Shown here piece by piece: positions 1 through 9,776 of a stretch of DNA of 21,287 nt. The stretch comes from Chiloscyllium plagiosum. Its lineage: Eukaryota. The stretch covers positions 2,799,317-2,820,603 of the forward strand of contig NC_057719.1 of assembly GCF_004010195.1 (NCBI RefSeq). Direction: 5' to 3'. The notes under the pieces are model-generated. The model made no database searches. It saw nothing but the letters and a program-made list of their open reading frames with translations, and was not told the origin of the DNA. Within the stretch, counting starts at the first letter, position 1, and the number at the start of each line of letters is the position of its first letter. The position numbers were made by a program, and so were the translations under genes.

Positions 1-1
1 G

Positions 2-287
2 TCAGAGAGAGCAAAAGCAATTTCGGCTTTCGTAATGACAAATGGGCTATATCAGTTCAAAGTTATGCCATTTGGAATGAAAAACGCTCCAGCCACATTT
101 CAGAGACTAATAAGGTCATTGCCAGGTTACCCAATTGTGAGGTGTACATTGATGACCTGGTGATTGTCAGTCACTCATGGAAGGAACATTTATAGCATTT
201 ATTGGACTTGTTCGATCAGCTTTGAAAGGCAGGTTTGGTGGTAAACCTAGCTAAAAATGAATTTGCCAAATCCCAAGTCACTTTCCT
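2..287 (+). mobile_element. Degraded Ty3/Gypsy LTR-retrotransposon reverse transcriptase fragment
   Basis: Manual translation gives SAFVMTNGLYQFKVMPFGMKNAPATFQRL, a frameshift, then NKVIARLPNCEVYIDDLVIVSHSWKEHL*HLLDLFDQL*KAGLVVNLAKNEFAKSQVTFL. It has the MPFG..NAP.TFQ and YIDD motifs of Gypsy RT, two stops and one frameshift. It ends abruptly at the CR1 junction. Confidence 0.9.
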
Positions 288-289
288 TT

Positions 290-1142
290 TGACAAGAAGA
301 TCCTCTGTTCTCATCATCCAAATTTACACATCACCCGCAACAACTGCTCCTTAAACAGTCTCCACATGTCTGATGTGCCCTTTCTGTGGAACAATTCCTC
401 CCAATCTGTTCTTCCCAACTCCTGTCTGATAGCGTCATAATTTCCTTTTCCATAATTAAATATTTTCCATGGTAACTGCTCCTTTCCCTTTCCATGGCTA
501 TGGTAAATGTGAGGCAGTTGTGGTCACTGTCACCAAAGTGTTTTCCCACTGCGAGATCTGACACCTACCCTGGATCACTGCTGAGCACCAAATCCAAAAT
601 GGCCTCTCCCCTCATCAGCCTGTGTACATTCTGTGTAAGGAAACACTCCTGAACACACCTGACAAAAACAGCTCCATCGAAACCATCTGTACTAAGGAGG
701 TTCCAATCAATATTGTGAAAGTTGAAGTCACCCATAACAACAACTGTCCTACATCTGCACTTTTCCAAAATCAGCCAGCCTGCATTCTTCAATCTCCCTA
801 CTGCTATTAGGAGGTCTGTAGAAGACCCCCAATGAGGTGACTACTCCCTTGCTGTTCCTAATTTCCACCCATACTGACTCAGTAGACAAATCTTCCTGAA
901 CAACCTTCATTACAGCTGTGATGCACTCTCTGATTAATAATGCTACACCCCCTCCTCTTTTTCCACCCTCCCTGTTCTTCTTAAATGTTCTAAACCCTAG
1001 AACATCTAGCAACCATTCCTGCCTCTGTGAAACCCACGTTTCCGTAATGGCCACAACATCACAGTCCCAAGTACTGATCCATGCTCTAAGTTCGTCACTC
1101 TTATTTCTGAAATTCCTTGTGTTAAAGCAGACACACTTTAAC
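290..1142 (-). pseudogene. CR1 ORF2 AP-endonuclease domain, disrupted
   Basis: ORF track 749..1201, 565..792 and 331..564 carry ITETW, GGGVAL, FYRPP, GDFN, LDLV and DSDH across different frames. Confidence 0.85.
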
Positions 1143-1257
1143 CGATCCCTTTGTTCTATCACATGAAAAACCTTCCCGATAGATTTAATACATCCTGTCA
1201 CTGCCTCATCTACAACTATCCTCCCCGCTTACATTTTCCCACCTCCACCCCTTCCAA

Positions 1258-2170
1258 ACTAGTTTAGACCCTCCCAAATCACTCGAGTAAATCTCCCACC
1301 CAGGACATTTCTGCCCCTCTAATTCAGGTGCAACACATCCTTCATGTACATGTTCCACCTTCTCCAGAAGGCATCCTATTGGTCTAGTTATCTGAAGTCT
1401 ACCCTCCTGCACCAGCTGGGCAGCCACATGTTAAGCTGCACTCGCTGCCTGTTCTTTACCTCATTGTCTCGTGGCACCAGTAGCAAACCTGAGAACTCTA
1501 CTGTACTCGTCCTGTTCTTCAACTTCAATTCCAGCTGTCTGTAGTCACTTTTCAGATCCTTTCCTGGCTATGTCATTGGTGCCAATATGTACCACGATTT
1601 CTGGCTGCTCGCCCTCCCCCTTTAGAATCTTGTTAACCCGATCGACAACATCCTGGACCCTGGCACCAGGGAGGCAACATACTTTCCGGGAGTCCTGTTC
1701 CTGACCACAAAATCTCTCGTCAATCTGTTTAACTACTGAGTCCCCTGCCAATAGCGCTTTTCTATTCTCGCCTCCCTTCCCTTCTGAGCCTCAGTGCCAG
1801 AGACCTTACAACTATGGCTTTCCCCTAGTAGGCCGTCCCCACCAGCAGTATCCAAAACTGTATACTTATTGCTGAGGGTAATGGCCACAGGGGATCCCTG
1901 CTCTGTCTGTCGGTTCCCTTTCCGCCCCCTGACTGTAACCCAGCTGTCCTTATCCTGCGCCTGAGTAGTGACCATGTCCCTATATATTCTCTCAATTTCC
2001 CTCTCAGTCTCCCAGATGATCTGCAGTTCATCCAGATCCAGCTCCCTAACTCGGTTTTCAAGTTGCTGGATTTGGGTGCACTTCCCACAGATGTGGCCAA
2101 CAGAGACATGTGTAGTGTCTCTCACCAGCCACATTCTGTAGGAGGAACATGCAACTGCCCTAACATCCAT
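1258..2170 (-). pseudogene. CR1 ORF1 (zinc-finger/coiled-coil plus SGNH esterase), frameshifted
   Basis: ORF track 1733..2170 has Cys motifs, a coiled coil and SNKYTVL. ORF track 1545..1751 has GDSVV...CLPGA...VHIGTND. Confidence 0.8.
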
Positions 2171-2325
2171 AACCCGCTACTCTGAAAGTCCACACAGTAT
2201 TAAACAAGGAAGACAAAAAAAAATTCAGAGAAACTCACCGAGTCTACAGACTCTGGAGTTGGCTGGGAGGGAGACCCTACAGTGCAGGGTCTCGGGTTTT
2301 ACATCACACCCACTTAAAAAAAAAC

Positions 2326-2486
2326 ATTTACCTTCCTAGCAGGCTCCACTTCTTCCATTCTGATTCCGCCAAACTCGGAAAGGCCGCTGGCACGCAAACG
2401 TAGGTCCCTTTATAGAAACCTTCCCTTCCCAGCAGGCTCCGCTACTTCCGCTCTCCGCTCCCACCACCCAAACTTGAAAAGGCTGG
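2326..2486 (-). repeat. Two diverged ~95-bp monomers in the CR1 5'UTR
   Basis: CCTTCCTAGCAGGCTCCACTTCTTCC...CCAAACTCGGAAAGGC compared with CCTTCCCAGCAGGCTCCGCTACTTCC...CCAAACTTGAAAAGGC. Confidence 0.7.
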
Positions 2487-2688
2487 AGCGAAGAATGGAA
2501 GAAGTGGAGCTTCATGAACTGATATATTCGGGCCGTGGCTAAACTCGAGAGACTACACTTCTATTGTTTCCCAACCGTCCTTCTCACCTAACCAAAAATA
2601 AGTCAATGTGGAGACTTGGAAAGGTAAGGTTTTTTTTTATTTTTTTTCTCATTTATTCAATCTCTCTTGGTAATGTAGAGCAGAGGGG

Positions 2689-3590
2689 ATGGAGGCTCGA
2701 GCAGTTGTATGCTCGCCTTGCAGGATATGGGAGCTAAGGGTTACCCTGCTGACGTCTCCTGTGAGAAGAGCACCCAGCTCCAGCTCCTCACAGACTGTGT
2801 TAAGGAATTAGAGCTGGAGGAACTTTGGATTATTCAGAGGCTGAGGGGGGGATAGAGAGGAGGTATAAGATGGAAGTCACATCTAACTTATAGGACAAAA
2901 GTAGCTGGGTGACTGTCAGGAGAGGAGAAGGGAATATGCAGACAGTGCAGGGACGTCCTGTGGCCGTTCCCCTCAATAATAGGTGTACCATTTTGGATAC
3001 TGTTAGGGTGCGGGGAATCTACCAGGGGAGGGAGGGTACCTAGGTGTATGGCACTGAACCTGGCCCTGTGCTCATAGGGGGAGAATAGGAAAGCAATAAT
3101 GAGAGGAGATTCAATCATGAGAAGAACAGACAAGTGATTCTGTGATCGCGAACAAGACTCCTGCATGGTGTGTTGCTTCCCAGGTGTCAGGGCCAGGGAT
3201 GTCTCGGATGGAGTCTACAGGATTCTTCAGGGGCAGGGAGAGCAGCCAGGAGGCATGGTACACATTGGTACCAATTATATAGATAGGGAAAGGGAGGAGA
3301 ACCTGCAAAGAGAATACAGTGAGTTAGGTTGGAAGCCATAAGACAGGACGAGCAGAGTAGTAATCTCAGGATTGTTACCAATGCTATGTGCTAGTGAGGT
3401 TAGGAATAGAGAGCGAATGCAAATGAACACGTGGCTGCAGGGCTAGTTTAGGAGGAATGGCTTCAGATATGTGGATCATTGGGATACCTTCTGTGGAAGG
3501 TGGGACATCTACAAGAAATGGGTTGCATTTGGACTGGAGGGGCACCAATATCCTGGGTGGCAAGTTTGCTGGAGCTCTGCGTGAACTAGA
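2689..3590 (+). pseudogene. CR1 ORF1 (SGNH esterase type), many frameshifts
   Basis: Colinear with the ORF1 at 1258-2170: N-terminal CxxC, SWVTVR, NRCTIL, GDS, VCCFPG, VHIGTN, GLHL. Confidence 0.75.
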
Positions 3591-3689
3591 TTGGCAGGGG
3601 TGTGGGAACCTGAGCTCCGGATCAGATGATGGAATCAATAGTGAAGAGCCAGGCACTTGATATGGCAAAGGTGCAGTCAGTATGATGGG

Positions 3690-6530
3690 TTGAGGTGTGT
3701 CTATTTTAATGCATGAGTATCAGGAATAAGGGTGACAAACTCAAAACTTGGATCAGCACTTGGAACTATGATGCTGTGGCCATTATGGAGACTTAGATAT
3801 CACAAGGGCAGAAATGGTTGTTAGATGTTCCAGGGTTTGCATGTTTCAAAAGGAATGGAGGGGAAGATAAAAGAGGTGGGTGAGCAGCATTGTTAATCAG
3901 GGACAGTGTCCCAGTTGCAGAAATGGAGATCTTCGAGGAGGATTTGTCTACAGAGTCAGTGTGGGTGGAAGTCAGAAACAGGAAAGGAGCAGTCACTTTA
4001 TTGGGAGTTTTATATCGGCCCCGCAAAGGCAACAGAGGCACAGAGGAGCAGATTGGGCGGCAGATTTTGGAAATGTGCAGAAGTAACAGGGTTGTTGTCC
4101 TGGGTGACTGTAACTTCCCTAATATCGATTTGAACCTTAGTTCATATAGTTTGGATGGAGCAGTTTTTGTCAGATGTGTCCAGGAAGGGTTCCTGATGCA
4201 ATACGTAGATAGGCCAACTAGAGAAGAGGCCATATTGGATTTGGTGCTTAGCAACAAACCAAGCCAGGTGTCATATTACTCGGTGACAGAGCATTTTAGT
4301 GATAGTGATCACATCTCCCTGACCTTTACTATTGTTATGGAGACAGATAGGAGCAGACTGTATGGGCAAGTATTTAACTAGGGGAAGGGGAATTACAACG
4401 CAATTAGGCAGGAACTGGGGCAACTAAATTGGGAACAGATGTTCTCGGGGAAATGCACAATAGAAATGTGGAGATTGTTTAGGAAGCACCTGCTGATAGC
4501 GCTAGTCAGGTTTGTCCTACTGAGCAAGAAAGGGATGGTAGGTTGAAAGAATCTTGGGTAAAAAGAGATGTGGAAAATCAGATCAAGAGGAAGAAGGAAG
4601 CTTACTTAAGGTTGAGAAGCAAGGATCAGATGGAGCTCTAGAAGGTTACAAAGTAGTCAGGAAGGAACTGAAGAATGGACTTAAGAGAGCTAGAAGGGGG
4701 CATGAGGAAGGTTTAGTGGGTAGGATTAAGGAAAACGCTGAGGAATTGTACACTTATGTGAGGAACAACATCATGGCCAGAGTGAGGATACTGCCAATCA
4801 GGGTTAGTGGAGGGAACTTGCGCGTGGAATTGGAGAGAGTCTGGGAGGTTCTTAATGAATACTTTGCTTCAGTATTCACTATTGAGAGGGACGTTGATGT
4901 TTCTGAGGACTGCGTGAAACAGACTGAATAACCTAGAACAGGTTGATATTAGGAAGGAGGATGTGTTGAAAATTTTGAAAAATGTAAGGGTACATAAATC
5001 CCCTGGACCAGACGGGATATACCCTAGGTTATTACAGAAAGTGAGGGAAGAAATTGCTGCGCTTTTAGTGATGATCTTTGTGTCCTTTCTGCCCACTGAA
5101 GTAGTGCCAGATAATTGGAGGGTGGCAAATGTTATTCTCTTGTTCAAGAAAGGGAAGAGGGATAATCCAGGGAATTACAGACCAGTAAGTCTTACATCAG
5201 TGGTGGGCAAAAGTAGATTAGATTAGATTAGATTATTTACAGTGTGGAAACAGGCCCTTCGGCCCAACAAGTCCACACCGACCCACCGAAGCGCAACCCA
5301 CCCATTCCTCTACATTGGAGAGTACTGGAAAGGATTCTGACAGGCAGGATTTAAGATTACTTGGAAAGCCATAGTTTGATTAGAGATAGTCAGCATGGCT
5401 TTGTGAGGGGCAGGTTATGCCTCACAACGTCAATGAATTCTTTGAGGATGTGACAAAAACATGTTGATGAAGGTAGAGCAGTGGATGTGGTGTACATGGA
5501 TTTTAGCAAGGTGGTAGGCTCATTCAGAAGGTAAGGAGGTATGGGATACTGGGAAACTTGTTTGTATAGATACAGAATTGGCTGGCCCATAGAAGACGGT
5601 GGTAGATGGAAACTATTCACCCTGGAGCTCGGTGATCAATGGTGTTCCGCAGGGATTGGTTCTGGGACCTCTGCTCTTTGTGACTTTTATAAATGATTTG
5701 GATGAGGAAGTGGAAGGGTAGGTTAGTAAGTATGCCAATGAAACGAAAGTTGATAGACTTGCGTATAGTCTGGAGGGCTGTTGTAGTTTGCAACAGGACA
5801 TTGACAGGATGTGGAACTTGGCTAAGTGGCAGGTGGAGTTCAACCTGGAAAAGTGTGAAGTGATTCACTTTGGAAGGTCAAATTTGAATGCAGAATACAT
5901 GGTCATAGGCAGGATTCTTGGCAGTGCGGAAGCACAGAGGGATCTTGAGGTCCATGTCCATAGATCCCTCAAAGTTGCCATCCAGGTTGTGAAGAAGGCG
6001 TATGGTGTGTTGGCTTTCATCAACAGGGAGATTGAGTTTAAGAGCCACGAGTTTATGCTGCAACTCCATAGAATCCTGGTTAGACCACACTTGGAATATT
6101 GTGTTCAGTTCCTGTTGCTTCATTATAGGAAGGATGTGTAAGCTTCAAGACGATGCAGAGGGGATTTACTAGGATGCTGCCTGGACTGGAGGGCATATCT
6201 TATGAAGGAAGATTGAGGGAGCTAGGGTTGTTCTCATTGGAGCAAAGGAGAATGAGAGCTGACTTGATAGAGGTATACAAGAAGTTGAGAGCCAGAGATG
6301 AGTGGATATCCAGGGACTTTTTCTCATGGCGGAATCATTTATCACAAGGGGCATAACTTTAAGGTGATTGGAAGAAGGTTTTGGGGAGATATCAGAGGTA
6401 GGTTCTTTACACAGAAAGTGGTGGGTGCATAGAATGCACTGCTAGCAGTGATATTAGAGTCAGGTATATTAGGGACATTTAAGTAACTCTTGGATAGGCA
6501 CATGGAAGTTAGTACAATGAAGGGTATGTA
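3690..6530 (+). pseudogene. CR1 ORF2 (APE endonuclease plus reverse transcriptase), disrupted
   Basis: ORF track pieces 3890..4381, 4554..4931, 4963..5226, 5788..6141 and 6153..6356 appear in canonical CR1 ORF2 order. Confidence 0.9.
5214..5315 (-). mobile_element. 5'-truncated HE1-type SINE/CR1 3' end with (TCTAA)n tail, inserted in CR1 ORF2
   Basis: TAGATTAGATTAGATTA...TACAGTGTGGAAACAGGCCCTTCGGCCCAACAAGTCCACACCGACC is nearly identical to 13217-13325. It interrupts LTSVVGK|VLERIL. Confidence 0.85.
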
Positions 6531-7232
6531 GGTTCGGCTGATCTTAAGAGTAGGGTAAAAGGCTGGCACAACTTTGAGAGCCAAAGGGCCTGTACTGTTC
6601 TATGTTTGGGATTCATGGGTCCTTGGCAGTATGAATTAGAAGTTGGCTAAATGAGAGGAAACATAGATGGAATAGATGGGGCATTTCTCAGATTGGAGAA
6701 GTGTTAAAAGTGATGTTTCCCAGGGGTCACTGTTGGTGCCCTTGCTTTTTCTGATTTCTATTAATAATGTAGGCATGGTTGTATGGTTCACATGATACTA
6801 AGCTAGGGAGCATGATGCTGAACAACGTCAGGGAGACAGTAATAGGTTGGTTAAATAGGCAGACAACTGGCAGATGAGTTTCAATGTTGAAAAATGTCAG
6901 GTAGGGAATTTTGGTAGAAGAAGCAGAGGCACAATACAGGCTCAATGGTTCAGCTTTAAGGGAAATGCAGAAGCAGAGGGACCTTGGGGTTCATGTGCAT
7001 GATTCTCTGATTATGGCCAGGCAAGTTTAAGCAGTTGTCAAGAAGGCCTTTAGGATCTTTGGGTTTATAAATAAAGGCAAAGGGTATAAAAGCAAAGAAC
7101 TAATGTTAAACCTGTACAAATCATTGGTCAGAATACATTTGGAGCATTGTGTTCAGTTTTGGGTACCTTATTTAAGTAAAGTTAAAAATCACACAACACC
7201 AGGTTATAGTCCAACAGGTTTAATCGGAAGCA

Positions 7233-7267
7233 CACAAGCTTTCGGAACGACGCTCCTTCATCAGGTG
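7233..7267 (-). ncRNA. Minimal type-I hammerhead ribozyme motif, core intact
   Basis: The minus strand reads CAC CUGAUGA A GGAGC GUC GUUCC GAAA GC UU GUG. Stem I is CAC/GUG, the core is CUGAUGA/GAAA, stem II has 5 bp, stem III is the palindrome AGCU, and the NUH triplet is CUU. Confidence 0.72.
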
Positions 7268-7468
7268 ATAGTGGAGGGCTCGATCGTAACACAGAATATA
7301 TAGCAAAAATTTACAGTGTGATGTAACTGAAATTATACATTGAAAAATTGATTGTCTGTTAAGCCTTTCATCTGTTAGAATACAGTGATAGTTTCACTTC
7401 TTTCATGTGTAAATCACAAAACCCTTTTTTTAAAGTTGCATGTGTGTTAGGATTGAGCCCTCCACTAC

Positions 7469-7503
7469 CACCTGATGAAGGAGCGTCGCTCCAAAAGCTA
7501 GTG
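7469..7503 (+). ncRNA. Hammerhead motif copy with G12->A mutation (probably inactive)
   Basis: CAC CTGATGA A GGAGC GTC GCTCC AAAA GC TA GTG. GAAA has become AAAA at 7493. Confidence 0.6.
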
Positions 7504-7518
7504 TGCTTCCAATTAAAC

Positions 7519-7984
7519 NNNNNNNNNNNNNNNNNNNNNNNNNNNNNNNNNNNNNNNNNNNNNNNNNNNNNNNNNNNNNNNNNNNNNNNNNNNNNNNNNN
7601 NNNNNNNNNNNNNNNNNNNNNNNNNNNNNNNNNNNNNNNNNNNNNNNNNNNNNNNNNNNNNNNNNNNNNNNNNNNNNNNNNNNNNNNNNNNNNNNNNNNN
7701 NNNNNNNNNNNNNNNNNNNNNNNNNNNNNNNNNNNNNNNNNNNNNNNNNNNNNNNNNNNNNNNNNNNNNNNNNNNNNNNNNNNNNNNNNNNNNNNNNNNN
7801 NNNNNNNNNNNNNNNNNNNNNNNNNNNNNNNNNNNNNNNNNNNNNNNNNNNNNNNNNNNNNNNNNNNNNNNNNNNNNNNNNNNNNNNNNNNNNNNNNNNN
7901 NNNNNNNNNNNNNNNNNNNNNNNNNNNNNNNNNNNNNNNNNNNNNNNNNNNNNNNNNNNNNNNNNNNNNNNNNNNNNNNNNNNN
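7519..7984. other. Assembly gap (466 N)
   Basis: Run of N. Confidence 1.
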
Positions 7985-8181
7985 CATTGTTAACAGCTAA
8001 CCCGAGAATGCAACTTTAAAAAAAGGGTTTTGTGATTTACACATGAAAGAAGTGAAACTATCACTGTATTCTAACAGATGAAAGGCTTAACAGACAATCA
8101 ATTTTTCAATGTATAATTTCAGTTACATCACACTGTAAATTTTTGCTATAAATTCTGTGTTACGATCGAGCCCTCCACTAT

Positions 8182-8213
8182 CACCTGATGGAGCGTCGCT
8201 CCAAAAGCTAGTT
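8182..8213 (+). ncRNA. Degenerate hammerhead motif copy
   Basis: CAC CTGATG GAGC GTC GCTCC AAAA GCTA GTT. It has a 3-nt deletion in the core and G12->A at 8203. Confidence 0.45.
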
Positions 8214-8563
8214 TGCTTCCAATTAAACCTGTTGGACTATAACCTGGTGTTGTGTGATTTTTAACTTTGTCCACCCCAGTCCAACACCGGCATCTCCAAA
8301 TCATTATTTAAGTAAGGTTGTTAAAAGCCCTAGAAGAGACAGAGCAAAGGAGATTTACCCAAATGATACCAGGACTGAGACATTTTCGATATAAGGAAAG
8401 ATTAGATAAATTAGGCTTATTCTCCTTGGAGCAGAGAAGATTAACAGGTGATTTTTTTTGACATGTTCAAAATTATGAACAATTTTGACAGGACAAAAAA
8501 GGATATTCTGCTTCACTAGTTAGTGTGGCAGTAACTAGGGATCACAATTTCAAGATTGTCAAC

Positions 8564-8787
8564 GTTAAAAATCACACAATACCACCATACAGTCCAACAG
8601 ATTTATTTGGAGTGTTGCAACTGCAATCCTGTTGCTATAAATTCTGTGTTGTATGCTTCTGCTCCATAACCACCTGAAGAAGCAGCTCTTCGAAAGCTAG
8701 TACCTCCAAATAAACCTATTGGACTATAACTTGGTATTCTGTGATTTTTAACTTTGTCCATTCCAGTCCAACTCCGGCACCTCCAAA
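8564..8787 (+). mobile_element. Short Penelope-like insertion (older relative of family 1) with inverted arm, degenerate hammerhead and 14-bp TSD
   Basis: 8564-8611 is an inverted copy of ~8705-8753. The motif CAC CTGAAGA...C GAAA GCTA GT lies at 8671-8702. It has the same tail as 8269-8303. TSD TCAAGATYGTCAAC at 8550-8563 and 8788-8801. Confidence 0.78.
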
Positions 8788-9152
8788 TCAAGATCGTCAA
8801 CAAGAGAATTAGGAGTGAGATGAGGAAAAACGTCTTAGAGAGTTATTCGGATTTGGAATGCACTGCCTTGGAGAGAAGTGGACGCGGATTCCATATGATT
8901 CTGCAAAAGAGATCTGGATATTTATTTGAAAGTGATAAATTCAGAAGGCTATGCAGATAGGGCTGGAGAAAGGGACTAGCTGGGTATCTCTTTCAGGAAC
9001 CGGTGCAGACATGATGCATCAAATGGCCTCCTTTTGTACCATAAAATTCCATGATTCTAACTCAAGACACCAGTCCTGTTTGAGCTGAAATCTCAAACTT
9101 TCAGCAATTCTCTACTCTGTGGCAACCACTCACCCTTTGACTATCTCACGTT

Positions 9153-9772
9153 TGTCACAAAGCTCCTCTCTTTTTTTCTTAAAGCTGCTCCTTGGCTCAA
9201 GGAGACTCTGTCCTTGACATTTTTCAGAGGGGCAATAAACCTGGCCGGGCTCCAATCAGTCTGGTTTGGTACAGAGATGAAAAGAATTTTGAGAGGCCTT
9301 TTGTTTATATGTAAACAGATCAGACTTCAGGCCAAAGTGGTCATACTTTATAATGAAAGGGCAGTGGTCAGCTCTTGAGCTGAGCCAAGCCGAGCAGTTT
9401 TTAGTTCAGTCTTGAGGTGGTTGGAAGCTCTCTCTCTCATCTCTGCCCTTCAACTTCAACCTGTAAGCATGTGTTCCACATTTACTGGTTTTTAAAAGGA
9501 GTTTGCTTATTGGGACTGTTGTGTATATTCGAAACAGCATAATTAAATCTAGTTGGATAGTTTGAGTTCTATCGAGGTTCTTTATTATGTTCTTTGTGTT
9601 TCATTGTGCAATTTTGTGAATACATTTTTTGTCTGTTTTAAAAGCTAGTAATCAACCTAGCTATCTTACTCTGGGTAATTTTCACTGGACACTTACTGAA
9701 ACAAATTGCAAATTTATGGTCTGGGACTGCTTGCTGAAGAATGTTTTGAGTGGTCTAGCCTCGTCCATAACA
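9153..9772 (+). mobile_element. Solo LTR (Gypsy-type likely)
   Basis: Termini TGTCAC...ATAACA, with 4-bp direct repeat CGTT at 9149-9152 and 9773-9776. It is 620 bp, non-coding, with an internal (CT)n tract. Strand is inferred weakly. Confidence 0.72.
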
Positions 9773-9776
9773 CGTT

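Larger units (their letters stand above)
290..2490 (-). mobile_element. CR1-clade LINE, 5' half (5'UTR, ORF1, ORF2 endonuclease), 3'-truncated and decayed
   Basis: ORF1 starts at ATG 2170 (MDVRAVACSSYRMW...HICGKC). SGNH blocks GDS, VHIGTND and DVLHLN follow, then APE endonuclease motifs (LKCVCFNTR, VAITETW, GDFN, LDLVL, SDH). There is no RT and no 3' tail. Confidence 0.9.
2490..6604 (+). mobile_element. Near full-length, decayed CR1-clade LINE (5'UTR, SGNH ORF1, APE+RT ORF2, 3' tail)
   Basis: ORF1 ATG at 2689 (MEARAVVCSPCRIWE), with GDS ~3107, GTN ~3268 and GLHLDW ~3521. ORF2 runs from ~3690 with LYRP, GDCNFP, SPGPDG, NYRPVSLTS, GVPQG(L)VLGP, YANET (from FADDT) and RPHLEYCVQF. The 3' end is GGGCCTGTACTGTTCTATGTT. 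Confidence 0.93.
7180..8303 (+). mobile_element. Penelope-like element derivative (family 1): inverted pLTR arm, gap, pLTR with tail; 12-bp TSD
   Basis: 7178-7441 is the near-perfect reverse complement of 8008-8268. An extra partial + copy lies at 7443-7518. TSD TTATTTAAGTAA at 7168-7179 and 8304-8315. Each unit carries a hammerhead motif. N gap at 7519-7984. Confidence 0.8.
6605..9060 (+). mobile_element. Old CR1 3' fragment (RT C-terminal half plus 3' end), split by two Penelope-like insertions
   Basis: Recognisable W(Q)MSFNVEKC, LYKSLVRIHLEHCVQFWVPYL, QRRFTQMIPGL, LGLFSLEQRRL and TRDHNFK. The 3' end is CAAATGGCCTCCTTTTGTACC...ATTCCATGATTCTAA. Confidence 0.8.

Noticed and set aside
7405..8019. 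Long ORFs spanning the N run
   Set aside because: These are artefacts of translating the assembly gap.
7178..8268. DNA transposon/MITE with long TIRs
   Set aside because: The ends are asymmetric (one-sided ~35-nt tail), TSD length varies from 12 to 15 bp among related inserts, and hammerhead motifs are present. All of these fit Penelope-like retroelements.
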